Below, piece after piece: positions 25,901-40,719 of a stretch of DNA of 64,000 nt. The notes beneath the pieces were generated by a model. It made no database searches and had not been told where the DNA came from. It was given only the letters and a program-made list of their open reading frames with translations. Position numbers and translations under genes: made by a program. This DNA is from Octopus sinensis (lineage: Eukaryota). The stretch covers positions 109,802,001 through 109,866,000 of the forward strand of contig NC_042998.1 of assembly GCF_006345805.1 (NCBI RefSeq). Direction: 5' to 3'. Within the stretch, counting starts at the first letter, position 1; each line of letters opens with the position of its first letter.

Positions 25901-27738
25901 TCTCACTAAGTGCGACTTTGTGATCATTGTACGATCGATAAAATATCAGTCAGCTACTCATCCCCACACCGTTGAGATTTCTAGACTTTTTGCCAATGTT
26001 TAAATGACAATGTTATAGTTGAATGAAAATAAACATTTTTATAAAAGCAAATCTAGCTAAAACTTCACAAGGGATCAGAAATATGTAATTCGGTACGAAA
26101 CCTTCAACATGTATGATGCAGCTGGACAACTTTTGATTTGCTGATGATAGTTTGCAGACACTTCGTCGGTGGGAAGCAAACCTCCCATATAGTTAGAAGC
26201 TTTTACCAGGTATAGAAGGAAGTGTTTTTCACTCATACTTCTGCACCACTCCAAATCATTTGGTTGTAAATAGCTTTGGAGTATAGACTTCGAGGTTTTA
26301 TTGTCACAGACTTTCATGTGTAGATGTCAAGAAACATAGTTCACAGGATGGTTTTGGTACTTTGCTTGGGTACATCTGATTGGTCAGACGTGAAGGACAT
26401 TTACTACTAGGAGTAACCGGCTTAGAACAAATAAATTATTCCCAGATGAAAAAAACTGTACAGTAGGATGTTAAGATGTTGGTGTACTAGTCAAGAATAC
26501 TAGGAGTGGATAGTAACATATGCACACTTTTGACGCGGGCGTACGCCCAACTATTAAAGAAAATGCAAGATCCAGAAGCTGGTGTGTACAGTCAAGTTCA
26601 GAAGTACGACATATATATATGTTATACATAAAGTGAGATAGACAAACGGTGAATGGTTGAACTTTGGGGACAACAGTAGAGACACCACGAGAATGTCGTG
26701 AATTATGAAACAGATTCTTTGGTCCAGAATTAATAAAAATCAATGCCGCAGAAATGTAATTGAGAAACATGGTATGTGGTGACAATATATTTTGCGCATA
26801 TTAAGACACCACCTTCCTTCCAAAGAGCAATCTAGACTGGACGGAAAATATAAGTTTAAAGACAAAAGATGAGGTATCTTTGTCATAGAGAAACGCTATG
26901 TGCTAGTTTGTTTTGGTTTGTTTAATTTGTTCCAATTTTTGTCTGGGTCAAATCAGGATATCAAATAGGAGGTAATTGTTAAACATGTTCAGCATCATAA
27001 CCACATTTTGTTTTGTTAAATGACGCAGATATCAAACGGCACTAGATATTCATAGATCAATCAGTATTGCTTCTCAAGTCCTAATAAGTTACCTCCATGT
27101 CACTGAAGTTGTAGCTTTCGTGGAAAGGTCCCAAACTAGGTAAGATTATAGTCAATTATATGGAGTTCAAATTTGAACTCAATAGCTAGATTTGAACAAA
27201 GAATATATGACTAAACTTATTTACACGATGTTGAACCGAATAGGCTGGTTATCGATTAACATTCTCCTTTTACCTACAACATAATCTACTTTTTAATGCA
27301 CCATGAATTATATATGCACAATGTATTAGATAAGCTGACACTAACTTCCTGCTTATCAAAGGTATGTCATCTATGAAATGTTGAATAATATTAAAATTAC
27401 TTACTGGCATCAATATTTTAATACTAATGACAGTTGCTTTGTATAGACATATGTATATTTTTGTGCGAATCCCCGTACCTCTCTCTTTTTTCTCTGTCTC
27501 TGTCTGCCTGTGTGTATATATATATATATACACACACATATTTCTGACTGAAACTCTGAAACTATATGATTCAGTCATTTGACCGCACACACACCACACA
27601 CATGTCCACATACACACACACATACACACATACATACATACATACATACATACATACATACATACATTACATACATACATACTACATACATACATACATA
27701 CATACACACACATATATGTTATATATATACACAAAAAC

Positions 27739-28318
<580 letters not shown>

Positions 28319-28560
28319 GTATATGCAATGCAGTCTGAAATTTAGGTGTTCTCATCTTAGCTGGCGATGCAGCTGCACAACTCAATAAAAGTGAAGTTCA
28401 TATAGTTATGAAAAAAAAAAGGGAAAAAAACAACAAAACTGATCAGTGAATTAATCAATACATCAGGTCTGTTTAAAACAAACACTGTTGACTTGATTCA
28501 AGTTGCAGAACTATTGACACTACTGCTTATATGTATATATATATATATATAGATATATAT

Positions 28561-28613
<53 letters not shown>

Positions 28614-31143
28614 ATGTGTGTGTGTGTGTACTTGCTTAATTGAAAAACTGGTAATATTGATTCTACTTCGCACGTAATGAATTTTGGCAATACAAACATA
28701 AAAAAAACATTGGATAAGGTAATACAACATCGTATCATTTGCTTTCGTACAAATAAGTGATAATAATAAGCGGACTGAACAATATTAGTTTAATCAGTAA
28801 TAAAAATTTCAAGTTGATAACTTCGAAATAAAAGTTAGATTTTTGTACTTTTCCTGTTTGTCTTTCCATGTATATTGTAGTTGTGTTTGCTGTTATTGTG
28901 TAGCCTCAGGTGAGGCTTTACAGTATATTACTTCTTCCTCAGAGAAGACATGCTAATTTAATTTATGTCCGCTTTATATAGCAGATGATCTTGCTGTTGA
29001 TTAGGAAAACAGGTACGTTGTCTCGGTGGATTGGTTAATAAACCGTGCGATGATCCGTTAGTAGAGCCTCTACCTCCTTTGTGCGTATGTCAATTGTAAC
29101 AAAGTAACGTGTTTACAACCACATTACACTGTAGCTCAACCATAGTGAGGTTTTGTAATATCTAAAATAATATATCCATCTCGAGACATAGGTTTCATGC
29201 AATTATCCTGTGACAAATGTCATTACTCTGTGTATTAGTTTGTTTGTATCCGCGTGGGTTTGCTTTTATTGTTCACACCACTTGAATCTATTGTTTGGTC
29301 TCCGCTGTTCTTGTTACTTTGTTGTATTAGCTACTAAATGACATCAATTCAAAGGTTACCGACAACAAACATTGAACGACACCATTTGAAGAATTATATA
29401 GCATTTAGCCTAGAACATACGCAACTACATCAGACCAATGTCGAGTTCATTAAGTAGAAAGTACATAAAATAGATAGTTTATAAAGAACAATTATCACGA
29501 TAGAAGCAGATCTGAAAAATACAACAGCGTATGCTGTTGAATCTTCAAAGTTCAATACAGAAACATACGTTCTCTTTCGAAATAGGAACAGAAGAAATTC
29601 AACATCCTTGAAAAAGCACAAGCATAAAAGGGACTCTGCACGTCCCGGTTCTGAGATATACGCTGTGTGTACGTACAATACAATCCTATAATATATGCCC
29701 TTGCTAAACAGGAAAAATTTATAATCCTATAACATATACCTTTGCTAAACAGGAGAAATTTGATCACACCATGTTACTGACACCGAAAACGTTCTAAAAA
29801 TGTTCGCAATTGTAAACAACTTAGGCACCGACAGAATTACAACAATTTTGTCAGCGAAAACATGGAGTTATCACATCAATTGGATGGTAGAAAGGTCAAG
29901 TTTGGCATCTTATATACATGTGCGCATATACATGCAAGCATTACTAGAGGGCTCCCGCTTATTCTCAATCACATAATTCGAACCATGAACACGAAACGCT
30001 ATACGCATGTATGTATATAAATACTCGTATATATAAAGAAAGAAATTTTATTCTTTACTAACAAAATCACTTAACCATTAAACACTAATTTGCTAATTTG
30101 ACAAAGTACAGGATATTATGACTCTGACCAACGGACAGGAAAAGCAAGCATTTCTAAAAGAATCATACAGCGACTTACACACAGGACAAGTAGGACAAGA
30201 AATGTAATCAACGAATTATGGATTAAAACCATTTCTAATACCAAAATAAAAATTATTTTCATAAAAACGTGACTGCTGTGCATTTCAAAAACCATGACTC
30301 GTTCAAGAAGAAAATACTCCTTAAAACAACAAATTGATTTTGGTACATAAGTTTATATAAAGAAAACAATAACAGACTTGTGGCAAAACAACACTAATAA
30401 CCAACCTATGAAATAAACGTTCTTCGACAACTCTGTAATATATGGGCATAAGAGATCAAACCAGCGATCAAACAATAGAATCAAAAGTTATAAACAATAT
30501 AACAACCACTCAGCAGTGGATATGGAGGGACAGATACACTGAACAATAGCAGGTCCCACCTGAGTACCCGTGCGACGTGGGACTCGAGTCACAAGAAAGG
30601 ACTACAGCTTGAATATTATATATACGTTAACAATTTGTTAAATGATTTCCTTCTCATAATTCCACAACTGAAAAGTTTTGAAATGCTGTCTGTCGGTATG
30701 TATGTGCGTGTGTGCTTGTGTGTGTGTGTACATGTGTGTGTAGACAAATAGAGGCATATCAAATATCATACAATATAAGTTCTTGTTTTAATAAAATCAT
30801 TTAAAAACGGAACATGTTGGGGTTAGGTAATTTGCATAATTTATACAAAAATCTGACTAGTGGCATGCACTTGAACAACATAGACGTAGAAAACATAGAC
30901 GAATACAGGTATATAAAATACAACATAACGTAAATTCTTGATATTAAATTTACTTCCACCTGTAGAAGATATGTCACAGTTAACAAATGAAAATTGAGAC
31001 TAGTTTCAAAGGAAGGAAATTTGGTTAATTGTTTCTGCCTCTATCGGCCATATCAGCCTGATAGTTGTCCTACTTTATCTCCAGTATATAAAAAAACTTA
31101 GGCATATCTAAAAAGCTAAAAAATACACACACACATGTATACA

Positions 31144-31199
<56 letters not shown>

Positions 31200-32397
31200 C
31201 ATACACACATGTATATTATATACGAGTGTGTGTACGTTTATATGCATGTGTATATATGTATCTGTGTGTGTTTGTGCCTGTATACGTGTACGCGCGTCTC
31301 TGTTTCAGTATCTGTGTTTATCTTTGCATCGGCTGAAACACGCGATATTTTATTCACTTCGATGTCTTGCAAACAACTTGCACATGCAAGTACTACTAGT
31401 CAAAAGCTCCGTATACTGGAAGCCAGCAAGTGTATGGGGTCATCAGGAGAGAATGCGCGCCGTTTCGGGGCCTACCTCTCGACGGCATCAATGCGCACCG
31501 GCCCCCCCTCACTGATATGAGGCCCCGCTTGTTAGATCAGCTGGTTATCAAGTTAAGCTCAATATCCTTCTAGCCATAAGAGATTCAAGAAATGGAAGCG
31601 ATAAAATAAATACTTGACTGAAATGCGAATTGAAATCTGTGTTATCGACTAAAGCCTCCGAAGCAGGATCCAGTATATCCGTTGTCCAATGACTGATAAC
31701 AGTAAAAACGTAAAAGAATAATACGAACTTCATCTCAGTTGCAGAGACTGAATGCAACTACATGAATACTTTTGTCTGTTTTACAAAAAACACTATCCAG
31801 GTACATCCCCCAGAAATATATATTACTTTGGGTTGAGATAATATTTTAAATAGCTATGAAAGCACAGTAACAAATGAAAATATTCAAATAATGTTGTTTG
31901 TTATAATATATTTAGGGGATAAGTATATATACTATAAGAGTTATTCTCTCGTTTCCTACAACGAAACGCTGGTGAGAAAATATATGTCCAATATACGAAG
32001 TTAACTCCAAACTTTACAAAATGTTATATTTATATGCTCTGCTTTTTCTACTTTTCCTACTTTCTTCCCATTTAATTTGTTTTGTCCTACTCTGTCTGTC
32101 TGTCAGTCTGTCTTTGTTTATTCTCATACTCTCAAGTCATGCTCACAAACACACATACACGCACACAGAATACATACCATGCCTTGTGCCTTGTAACTGA
32201 AAATCGTGACAGAAAACCAGTAATTTTGTTATTCGAGGCATATTTCAAATTCACAGCTATGTTCTTTGAGACGAATGCAATATGAAAGACAATGAAATAT
32301 GAGATTTGCTTTACGGAATTTAACTTTTCTACCCATCTGTCTGTCTAATCAAAAACCAAGTGTATCGTGCAAGACTTCAAACCTATATATATATATA

Positions 32398-32516
32398 TCA
32401 CGTGATCACGTGACCGACCAGACCATCAGATGCTGTTACACATCGCTGGTCACAATGCGTTCGCATTGTTTTAGCCTTCTAATGACGCCACCCCGCTGGC
32501 TAAGCGAGCATGCCAA
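32398..32516. mobile_element. Short non-autonomous repeat end inserted in (TA)n
   Basis: GC-richer 119-bp block between TA tracts, starting with the perfect 16-bp palindrome TCACGTGATCACGTGA. I recall it as a common octopus repeat; the other end was not found. Confidence 0.45.
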
Positions 32517-32525
32517 TATATATAT

Positions 32526-32610
<85 letters not shown>

Positions 32611-33461
32611 CAAATAATTTTCTCATTAGCTGTATTATTTTATTTAAATTCAATTCTTTATATTCTTTAATCAATATTCTTTTCTCCAGTGTTGCAATAT
32701 TCGTTTTCTTATTTTTCTTTCACTTTATTATTAAAAAAAAAAAAGAAAAAGAAATTACCTATTTTCTTCCAAATTATATTAATCTTAACCTTTAAGACCA
32801 ATTTCTTTTAGTCTCCGGACTTCCATTAGGTTCTTTATTTTAAAATCTCAACGAATGTTCTGCGAGACACTATAACCAGAACATTTCTTTTTCACTGTCT
32901 AATTACCATTGTCTACTGTCTATGATTTTTACTTCAAAATATCTGACATTCAATCAATCTCTGTCTGTGTCTCTTAGTGTACACACACACACACACTCAT
33001 CCCCCCCACACACTCGCCCCCCACACACATGCACGCACACACACGCAAGCACACACGTACACACGCGCACACACGTATATTTTATAATTTTTTAAACTCA
33101 GTGTTACATGATATATTTTAAAAGTTGGAGGAGGCATGCGAAAGTTATTGTGCTTTATGCTGATGAGTAAAGAAAGAAGTTAAAGTAGCGAGAGAAGTAC
33201 TGAAATTGAGAAGCAATTGTAAGGGAGACAACCAGTGGGAGAGGATAGTTCAGGCACTGTCACGCAGATGTACTTCTCCAAAGTAGATAAATCCATACAC
33301 GCATACATAGATACAATTATTGTTGATAGATAAATTTGAAAGTGACGAACGAAGATGGAGTGGTTATATGTGTGTAAGCGTATGGATAAACCAGAACACA
33401 TCTCCATACATTCAAGTATACGCATTGATTCTATATATATGTGTACATAACTATCGCTATA

Positions 33462-33493
<32 letters not shown>

Positions 33494-34719
33494 CTTTGGG
33501 TATGGTAGATGAGTTCAGCAAAAAATTAGATTCAGATGAATATTTGGTACATAAGTTGAGGCACCAGAATTTAGTATGGTATTATCCATACAATTTCAAA
33601 GTAAGGTGATTAAAATCAAAATAAGCAACAAGGATATCCAGAGGTAATGCAGTATGATCGTTTCATGCAACTCCAATTAATTGAACATTGCAATCATTTC
33701 ATTACATCAATTTAAAATGCAGAGCAATCTTCAGCTGCACATTAGTATAATTATACCTAAAATCTCCAAGAAGTTAAGGAGATAGACAAAGAACATGCTG
33801 CCTCACCCCGGTTTAGAAGTTACTGAATTTTCAAGATATACATTGTTACAGACTCTGCCTGTCACTGATGTTTTGTTTTATGGGGTCATTTTAATTTATA
33901 GACTAGTTTATGAAATCCCTTGTATATCTAAGACTGAGAGAACAGAGGGCAGTATCTGTTAGGGGTAGGGCTGAGGGAGCAGACATACATCATAGTTGGT
34001 ATAGTCATAAAAATTAGAAGTAATATCATGAGGTTTGGTAAAAGAAAACATATAACAAGATGTTAGCTGATAATTAAGGGGGTCGCTCACAAGCAGACCA
34101 TTGATAATGAAACAGGAGAAGTCTTATCATGTAGTACTACAGTTATATATTTTAAACAATGTTGCTATATTGTATACAGTTAAAGTTTAGGGTTATTCAA
34201 AGGATTATTAATTAGAATATTATAACAAAAGGATAGAAATTTATGAATACTTTTGAGTATATATCAAACTTTTACCACAATAATGGGAGGAAAAGAAATT
34301 ATCTAGAAATAGTTTAATATTTATACATATTGTACACTTAAATACTAACTCATCAGATGGTATCTGTGAATATTGAATAATTGGTATATACTGGTATTAA
34401 TAAAGGAGTTGTGAAGAACGAAGTTCGGCAAAAATAAATGACCGACCCGAAATATAACAATATTCGTGTTTCAGCACACGAATTCACATCAGGAGTGTTG
34501 CAAAACAAACTCATAGATAAAATATATATTAAACTAAAATAAATATTAGATCTCAAGGATCCACTTAAGCTTTCTGAAGGCGGTGTCCAAGCATAGATGC
34601 AATTCACTGAATGAAACTAGTCTAATACTATTATAAATGCTTTCTCTCTCGGGTTTTAATTTAGAATTAATTTTAACCGGACATATATTTGGTAGCACTG
34701 TTGTGAAGGAAAGCATCGT

Positions 34720-35480
34720 CTTCAGCTCATCCTTTAAATTTTACGGTCTTATAGATTTTGTACTCCTAGATATTGTGATCATTTGTAGTAAATGAAACGA
34801 GGAGTTACACTCTCTCCCCAAGAACCCAAAGTCATCTGTACTTTGCTCAAGACGGGTTGGCACGTGTTCCGTTGTTCCATGAACAATAGTTATAAAACTG
34901 AAAGTGCATCATGAGTACTAGACTTGCAAAATCTTTATCAATGGCCCTTAGTTGTTGTATTCCTCCTGCATTTTCTAACTTCATTGATGACCAGAGTGCA
35001 GCAAATTTCCACAATAGAATATACTTTTTTCTCGTGGTCCTGTAGAAGGATATTTGTCATGTTGTATTTTAACTTGGCGAGTGCTTTAATTTTTAAGTTC
35101 CGCCAATCTCTTTTGACTCACCAAGCTCAATATAGTCAATATAGTTTGTCTGCTGGTAAGTTCCTTCTTATTCTGTTCCAGACTGCTCTTTTCCCCGCAC
35201 CACACTCGCGGAAAGATATCATCTAGTAAACATTCTCTCGCAGATGGTAACAATGTGGTCAGTGCTTTCAGCTTTAGTTTTGCGCAGCGAACATTTGTTG
35301 TCCATCAATGTTTTCAAACTTTTATGCTGCAAGTACTTGGTAAGGATCCTCTTGTGCTCGACTTACATGGAGGTAGCCTTCATAGTGGGGTATCATAAAC
35401 TTTTGATGTAATTCATTTCCTCTGTGATTTGTGTACTTCGTGCCAAGTACTCCTGCTAGTCCATTTCTTAAACAAAATCC
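34720..35480 (-). mobile_element. Degraded 3' fragment of an R2-superfamily (R4/Dong/NeSL-like) non-LTR retrotransposon
   Basis: Minus-strand remnants DNKCSLRKTKAESTDHIVTIC (CCHC knuckle), then NMTNILLQDHEKK.YSIVEICC and FSFITIVHG, in the order of the restriction-like endonuclease (PD..D..K) domain. Many stops. Confidence 0.55.
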
Positions 35481-35554
35481 TGATAAACAAAACCTATCAA
35501 TGCTCTTTGGGAAGAACTTTGCATCAGCAGTTATTCATGACTTTTCTCATGTCC

Positions 35555-36110
35555 ATTAACCATAAAGTGGTGAACATCATTAACTGATGTTTCATTAGAG
35601 AACAACAGACATCATCAATTGATGCTTCAAAAATTGTTCATAGATCCAGCCATCATCAACTAATGCCGGAGCATTTACTTCGTCAAATGTGCCTAAGCGT
35701 AAGCAGCTCTTGTTGATGTCAGAAATCAAATTGCAAATGAAAGATTTATACAATGATGAAGAAGTTTTTCTGACTTCCCTTTATCTTCATATGAGATAGA
35801 TGGTGATGATGGCACAAAAGAAATTGACACTTCAAGTAGTTATGGATGAAAAATTTGCACCGATTTGCACATCATTTTGACAACAACAATGCGGGAATCT
35901 CAAATGAATATATATTCAAATGATTTTATTGACCTTTTGTTTTTATTCTTATTATGTAAAAGAGGTGAATGATCATTTTCATAGATTTTGCACACATTTG
36001 AAGTGAAAATGAATAAAAAAAGTACCCTTCAGAAAGAAAAAAGATTTTGGGCTTTTTATTCCTTTTTGGCACATAATTAATACAACCTTTTCCCGCAGAG
36101 TAAGGGTTAA
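35555..36110 (+). mobile_element. Possible piggyBac-like non-autonomous remnant
   Basis: Terminus ...TAAGGG|TTAA at 36101-36110, an acidic stretch (DEEVF..YEIDGDDGTKEID) and repeated catcatcaa(t/c)t.atgc motifs. No matching second TIR seen. Confidence 0.3.
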
Positions 36111-39100
36111 CTACCCTAATGATATTGTTGTTTTTGTGCTGGAAAACTTGGCTAAGATAGTTGCTGGCTTCTTTCTTGTGCGTTCGAGGTCCACCAAGTG
36201 TCGAAGTACATCGCTTGACCAAGTTTGCATACATGAGGCTGGTAACATTATAAGACTTGGAAGGCAGCTCTTTGAATATTCTGGTAACCCAGAATACATG
36301 CCCAAAGACGTCGCACGACTCTACCGCAACGTATCATCAGATGAAAAGATGAGCGTATATGAGCACAATAACCTCGAACCCACAAGAGTAAACAACAGAG
36401 ACAGAAACAGGAAGAAACAAGAAAAAATGCCACTTGTATTTGAACACTAAGCAAATATTCTTTTAAAAAAACTTTTCTTTTAATTTTTCCAAAATTTAAT
36501 TGTTTTCCATACATACAGTAGAAAAGTCTCAATGACTGAAACCGGTACTGAAATGTTTTTTATAAAATTATTTTTTCCATATATGTGTGTGTGTGTATGT
36601 GTGTGTGTGTGAGTGTGTGTGTGTGTGTGAGTGTGTGTGTGTGAGTGTGTGTGTGTGTGTGTGTGTGTAAGTGTGTGTGTGTGTGTGTGTGTGCCGCAGC
36701 AACGAAATAAATCATGAATATCAAACGAATAGCTAAACTTTTTTTTACAAGCAATCAATACCTCTTCTGTTTATGTATCAAAAATCACACAAATATGTAT
36801 ACATACATGCATACATATATACAAATTCATATCCCACCTTGCGTTTTCGAAATTATTGACGAATCTATTTATACATTGAACTCATTCAATCAACAAGTAT
36901 ATCAGAAATGAACCCAAGAGACTCAACCAGAAAATTCGGGCAACAACAAATTCTAAGATATAATGCATTGTAATTCTAAGACGCGTAGAAATGAATGGGT
37001 TCTATATGAATTGGTACATGCATTTTCATATTAAAACTGGCGACCAAGAAGCATGTGCCAGTGAAAAGGAAGAAATGTTATTACATTGCATTCATCAATG
37101 GATAGTTATTCTTTGTTAAAATACAGAATTGTTCGCCATCCCATTTGGAAAAACCTAATGGGTTCTCACGTGACAAATTATGCAATTGAAACTTAATTCT
37201 GAAATAATGATCGAAAAATTGATACTGTTAAGCTAATGGATAGTTTTCATAAACTGAGATTTTAATGATTTTAAAGTTCTAACAATGATTTTACAATATA
37301 ACCCAACGTAAAACTCCTTATCTAATGATTCGATTTGGATCTCTTTTTTAATAACTGGTTGTGTAGTCATAGAGAGACTCTTATATTGGGTGTCCGTATT
37401 TCAAGACTATTGTTTTAAATTTTATGAGTGATACCATTGGTAGACAAGGGTATGTCGTAGCGTTAGGAGTAATCCGGAATTCTTCTATTTGAGCATAACA
37501 ATACTGAAAATAACAGAACTGTGCATTGCCTGGAAGGAAATAAAATAATTTGACAAGTCTGTTTACTTCCTAGAGGCACAGAATAATATAACCAGTTTCT
37601 ATTTATATTTATTTATTGAAAGGAAGGATTGCTGTGGCTCAATTTCTCTTAGACTGAAATTGATATAAACAAAATATCAACATAATTATATAGAAAACGT
37701 TTATGGATTGTGGTTAAACTGAATAGCATGGTATTATGTATGTGATTTAGTTTACCAGAGTTCGTATAGAGAATGTGAATGAATAATTATGGGATATTTC
37801 GAAATCATTACTTTGCTCAGCAAAACACATAAAGCAGCCACTAGGTAGTTTCTAGACCAGCTAGACTAAAGTAAAGTTTCCCTCAAATTACACCAATAGA
37901 AGACAATTGGTAAACGAAGTCTCTGAAATACAAAAGGTTTGAATGTTCATGACTTTAGATTTGAGTTAAACAATATCAGCCACAACAGGCAATCAATGAG
38001 ATGATGCAAACTAATGAACAGAAATTCAAATCTGTCAGCAGGATATAAACTGTAAGATAGTAAATTAAACGGGAATATGCCGATGAATAAATCAAATCTC
38101 CATGGAAGAAAAGAAATATGACAAGAATATTTTTTTTTAATGAAATGTTTTATGCAGGAGACGATATATAATAGGCTACAAAGCGACTAAACTGAACAAA
38201 ACATGGTAAATGCAAACAACTGAAGTTGAAAACGGAACATGTTGCTGCATGAAATAAGTTCGATTAAAGCTTAAATAATGCAAAAATAAATCTTTACTTG
38301 ACAAAGCTTCAACGCGAGGGCTGAGAATATGGCATCATGAATATTAACCGACAAATTGCAGTTACCAGAACATGGACGAAGATGCTGAGATGACGTAAAG
38401 GTGAGTAGAGTCGCATAGGTTTGTGCAATGGAGTTTATCACATTTTTCTTATGTTTAATATTTAATGGGACACATTGTGTAACTCAGTAACAACACATTG
38501 TGAGATCAAAAGCTCAAGTGAGAAAGGAACGAATATATCAAATGAATGACTTAAAAGTATAAGAGAGAAAAGTATCAAGGGTGCTGTTGAGAAGAATGAA
38601 GGCAATCAATAACATTAAGATTTCTGTATTTGGTATTTGCAAAAGAGAAAGCCTTATGTATTAAATATTTTGGCAAACGAAACTTAAGGGTGGAAGTATT
38701 TTGTTCATAGGAAAGACGCCAGCGTACAAGATTCTGTCACACAGGTGTACGAGAAGAGCCGGGTATTATTTCTATGTCTTATCAATGTAACGGAAGCTTA
38801 CCCTGTCTTATCTATGTAGCAGGCACACGTTATATAAAATCACTGTCACGTCTCTTGTTAAGGCTATCTCGACAGATTTTTTATAGAAATTATATTCAGC
38901 ATTGGTTTTGTTACGACGATTCGTATGCGAGACGCCTGATGTAAACAATGAGATCGAGGATGAAAAATGGGTAATGGGTATATATGCCATATTTTGGGAG
39001 ATTTTTGCCCCTTCATCAGCACCCATCCAACTCACCAGAAATCACCCAGAAATACATTGCTTAGATAGCCATAGTGCTGGCTGTGATTTACATAGAGTTA

Positions 39101-39299
39101 ACCTTAACATGTAATAGCACCTCCAACACAGTAGAACATAATATTGGCTTATAAAAACGTTTAAGATACTTTTCAGTATACAATGGTTGCATAAGGAAAT
39201 GCAGTGTCCCAACAGATCATAATTATCACGTCTCCATGACTAGGACTTATTTAAGAACCCTAAGAACTCTGTCAGTCAGATACAGCCGGCAGAGGCAAT

Positions 39300-40590
39300 G
39301 AGAATCACAACAGCAACACACAACCGACCAGGATGAGTTCCCTCAAAGTAGTAATCTTCCATACACATACGAGTATGGGCACCAGACAAACTGAAGGTGA
39401 TCAGACGACGCTTTTAAATAAAAAGAAGAAAATACAAAAGAAAACAATCGAAAAGCGCACTAAAATGTATGAGGGGCGTACAACTACCATTAAGAGAAAA
39501 CGTCTTTCGTTGAAGAGGAAACTACCTTCTATGAAAGGATACCCCTCTTCTTTTGAAGATGTACAAGCCTCCTCCTGGAATGTTCATAACTTTTGAACCC
39601 TTGTGGCTTAAAAAGAAAATTAATCGCGCTAATTGACGAAAGCAAGTCACAAGCAAAGAAGATAGTAGAAAATCGGTAGAAGAGCAGAATCCTTGTCTAA
39701 ATCGTTTCTTCAAGGAATCCGAGAATAAAAATTATATATAAATAAGGATGAAGACCAGGTTGGTGGTGAGAGTGTCTTAGACTCAAACTGAAAGGTATCC
39801 TAAGCCAATATAGACCTTCCAAAATAGATGCTAAAAACATTCCATAAACATGAAGCAGTTTACTCATACCAACTTACATCAGATGGTGGGTGGCAAAATA
39901 TGTTCTATCCCAAAAGAATAAAAAACAAAAAAGAACAAAACAAGACAAAAGAAAAACCTCATGCTTACATATAAGCACACGACAAAGTTATTTTGAAATG
40001 TGATTAGGAAATGTGATTAAAGTTAAGATCCATAATCTTTACTGTGTGGACTTTTTATCTTTTAACCCCATTTGAAATTTACTGCTGTTCAATACTATCT
40101 CTTGGTTTAATCTTTATATCTACAACTGTTTGTTCCTGTTTCCTATTGAATTCACTCATGTTTTTTTTAAAGCTATTTGTTTACTATAACTATTTTACTC
40201 CTTCTCTTTATCCCTTCTTAGTTTTTGCTAACATTAAGGATGGTCAATTCCCTGAAATTACATCCAACACCTAAATTGAAATGAAACAACATTTCTTTAT
40301 TTTTACTAACCACACCAAGCTAATTTTAACGGTCTTCTTTACATTGTCTATATGAGGAGAAACTTTTGTATGTGTACTTAGAGATGAATCATTAGTGTAA
40401 CCATGGTGTTCTAGTCATCTGATGAGTTTCTTTAACTGCATTGATTTGTGAAAATTGTATTGTAAAATGTGTAGCATGTATATTAATGCAGGCATGTAAA
40501 CATAATTTATTATACATTGAAATTGCTATTAAGCCTACGAAACAGCCGTAATCCTAAGTGTGAAAAGTGTTTAAATAAATATATTAACAT
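39300..40590 (+). mobile_element. Possible heavily decayed Penelope-like element
   Basis: Only faint motif-order similarity (VVI.., SF..VS.F..IP-like, VY..-like) and an AT-rich 3' region; no intact frame. Confidence 0.25.
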
Positions 40591-40719
40591 CCCTTACCAC
40601 CTGACATATATATATATATATACATACACACATATATATATATATATGTGTATACCCTTACATACATATATATATATATATATGCACACACACAAGCACA
40701 CACACATATATACATACAC

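Noticed and set aside
34440-34500. Hammerhead-like CTGATG…GAAAC motifs (also about 36330, 40415-40545, 54740)
   Set aside because: The cores are imperfect (CTGATGT, missing GAAA) or stems I-III cannot be formed; a covariance-model search would be needed.
36136-36450. 104-aa plus-strand ORF, and a minus-strand TWWT motif at about 36190
   Set aside because: No recognisable domain. The WW frame does not continue as Y.G..G to a donor site, so it is not the missing CARP exon.
37960-38620. Faint RTE-like motifs (also 26090-26800, 46330-46620, 59700-60060)
   Set aside because: Too decayed to assign by eye; needs RepeatMasker or profile searches.
39031-39070. Candidate upstream CARP exon ending …AMYFWVISG|gtgagt
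   Set aside because: There is an in-frame stop just upstream, no acceptor, and no W..Y pattern or signal peptide.
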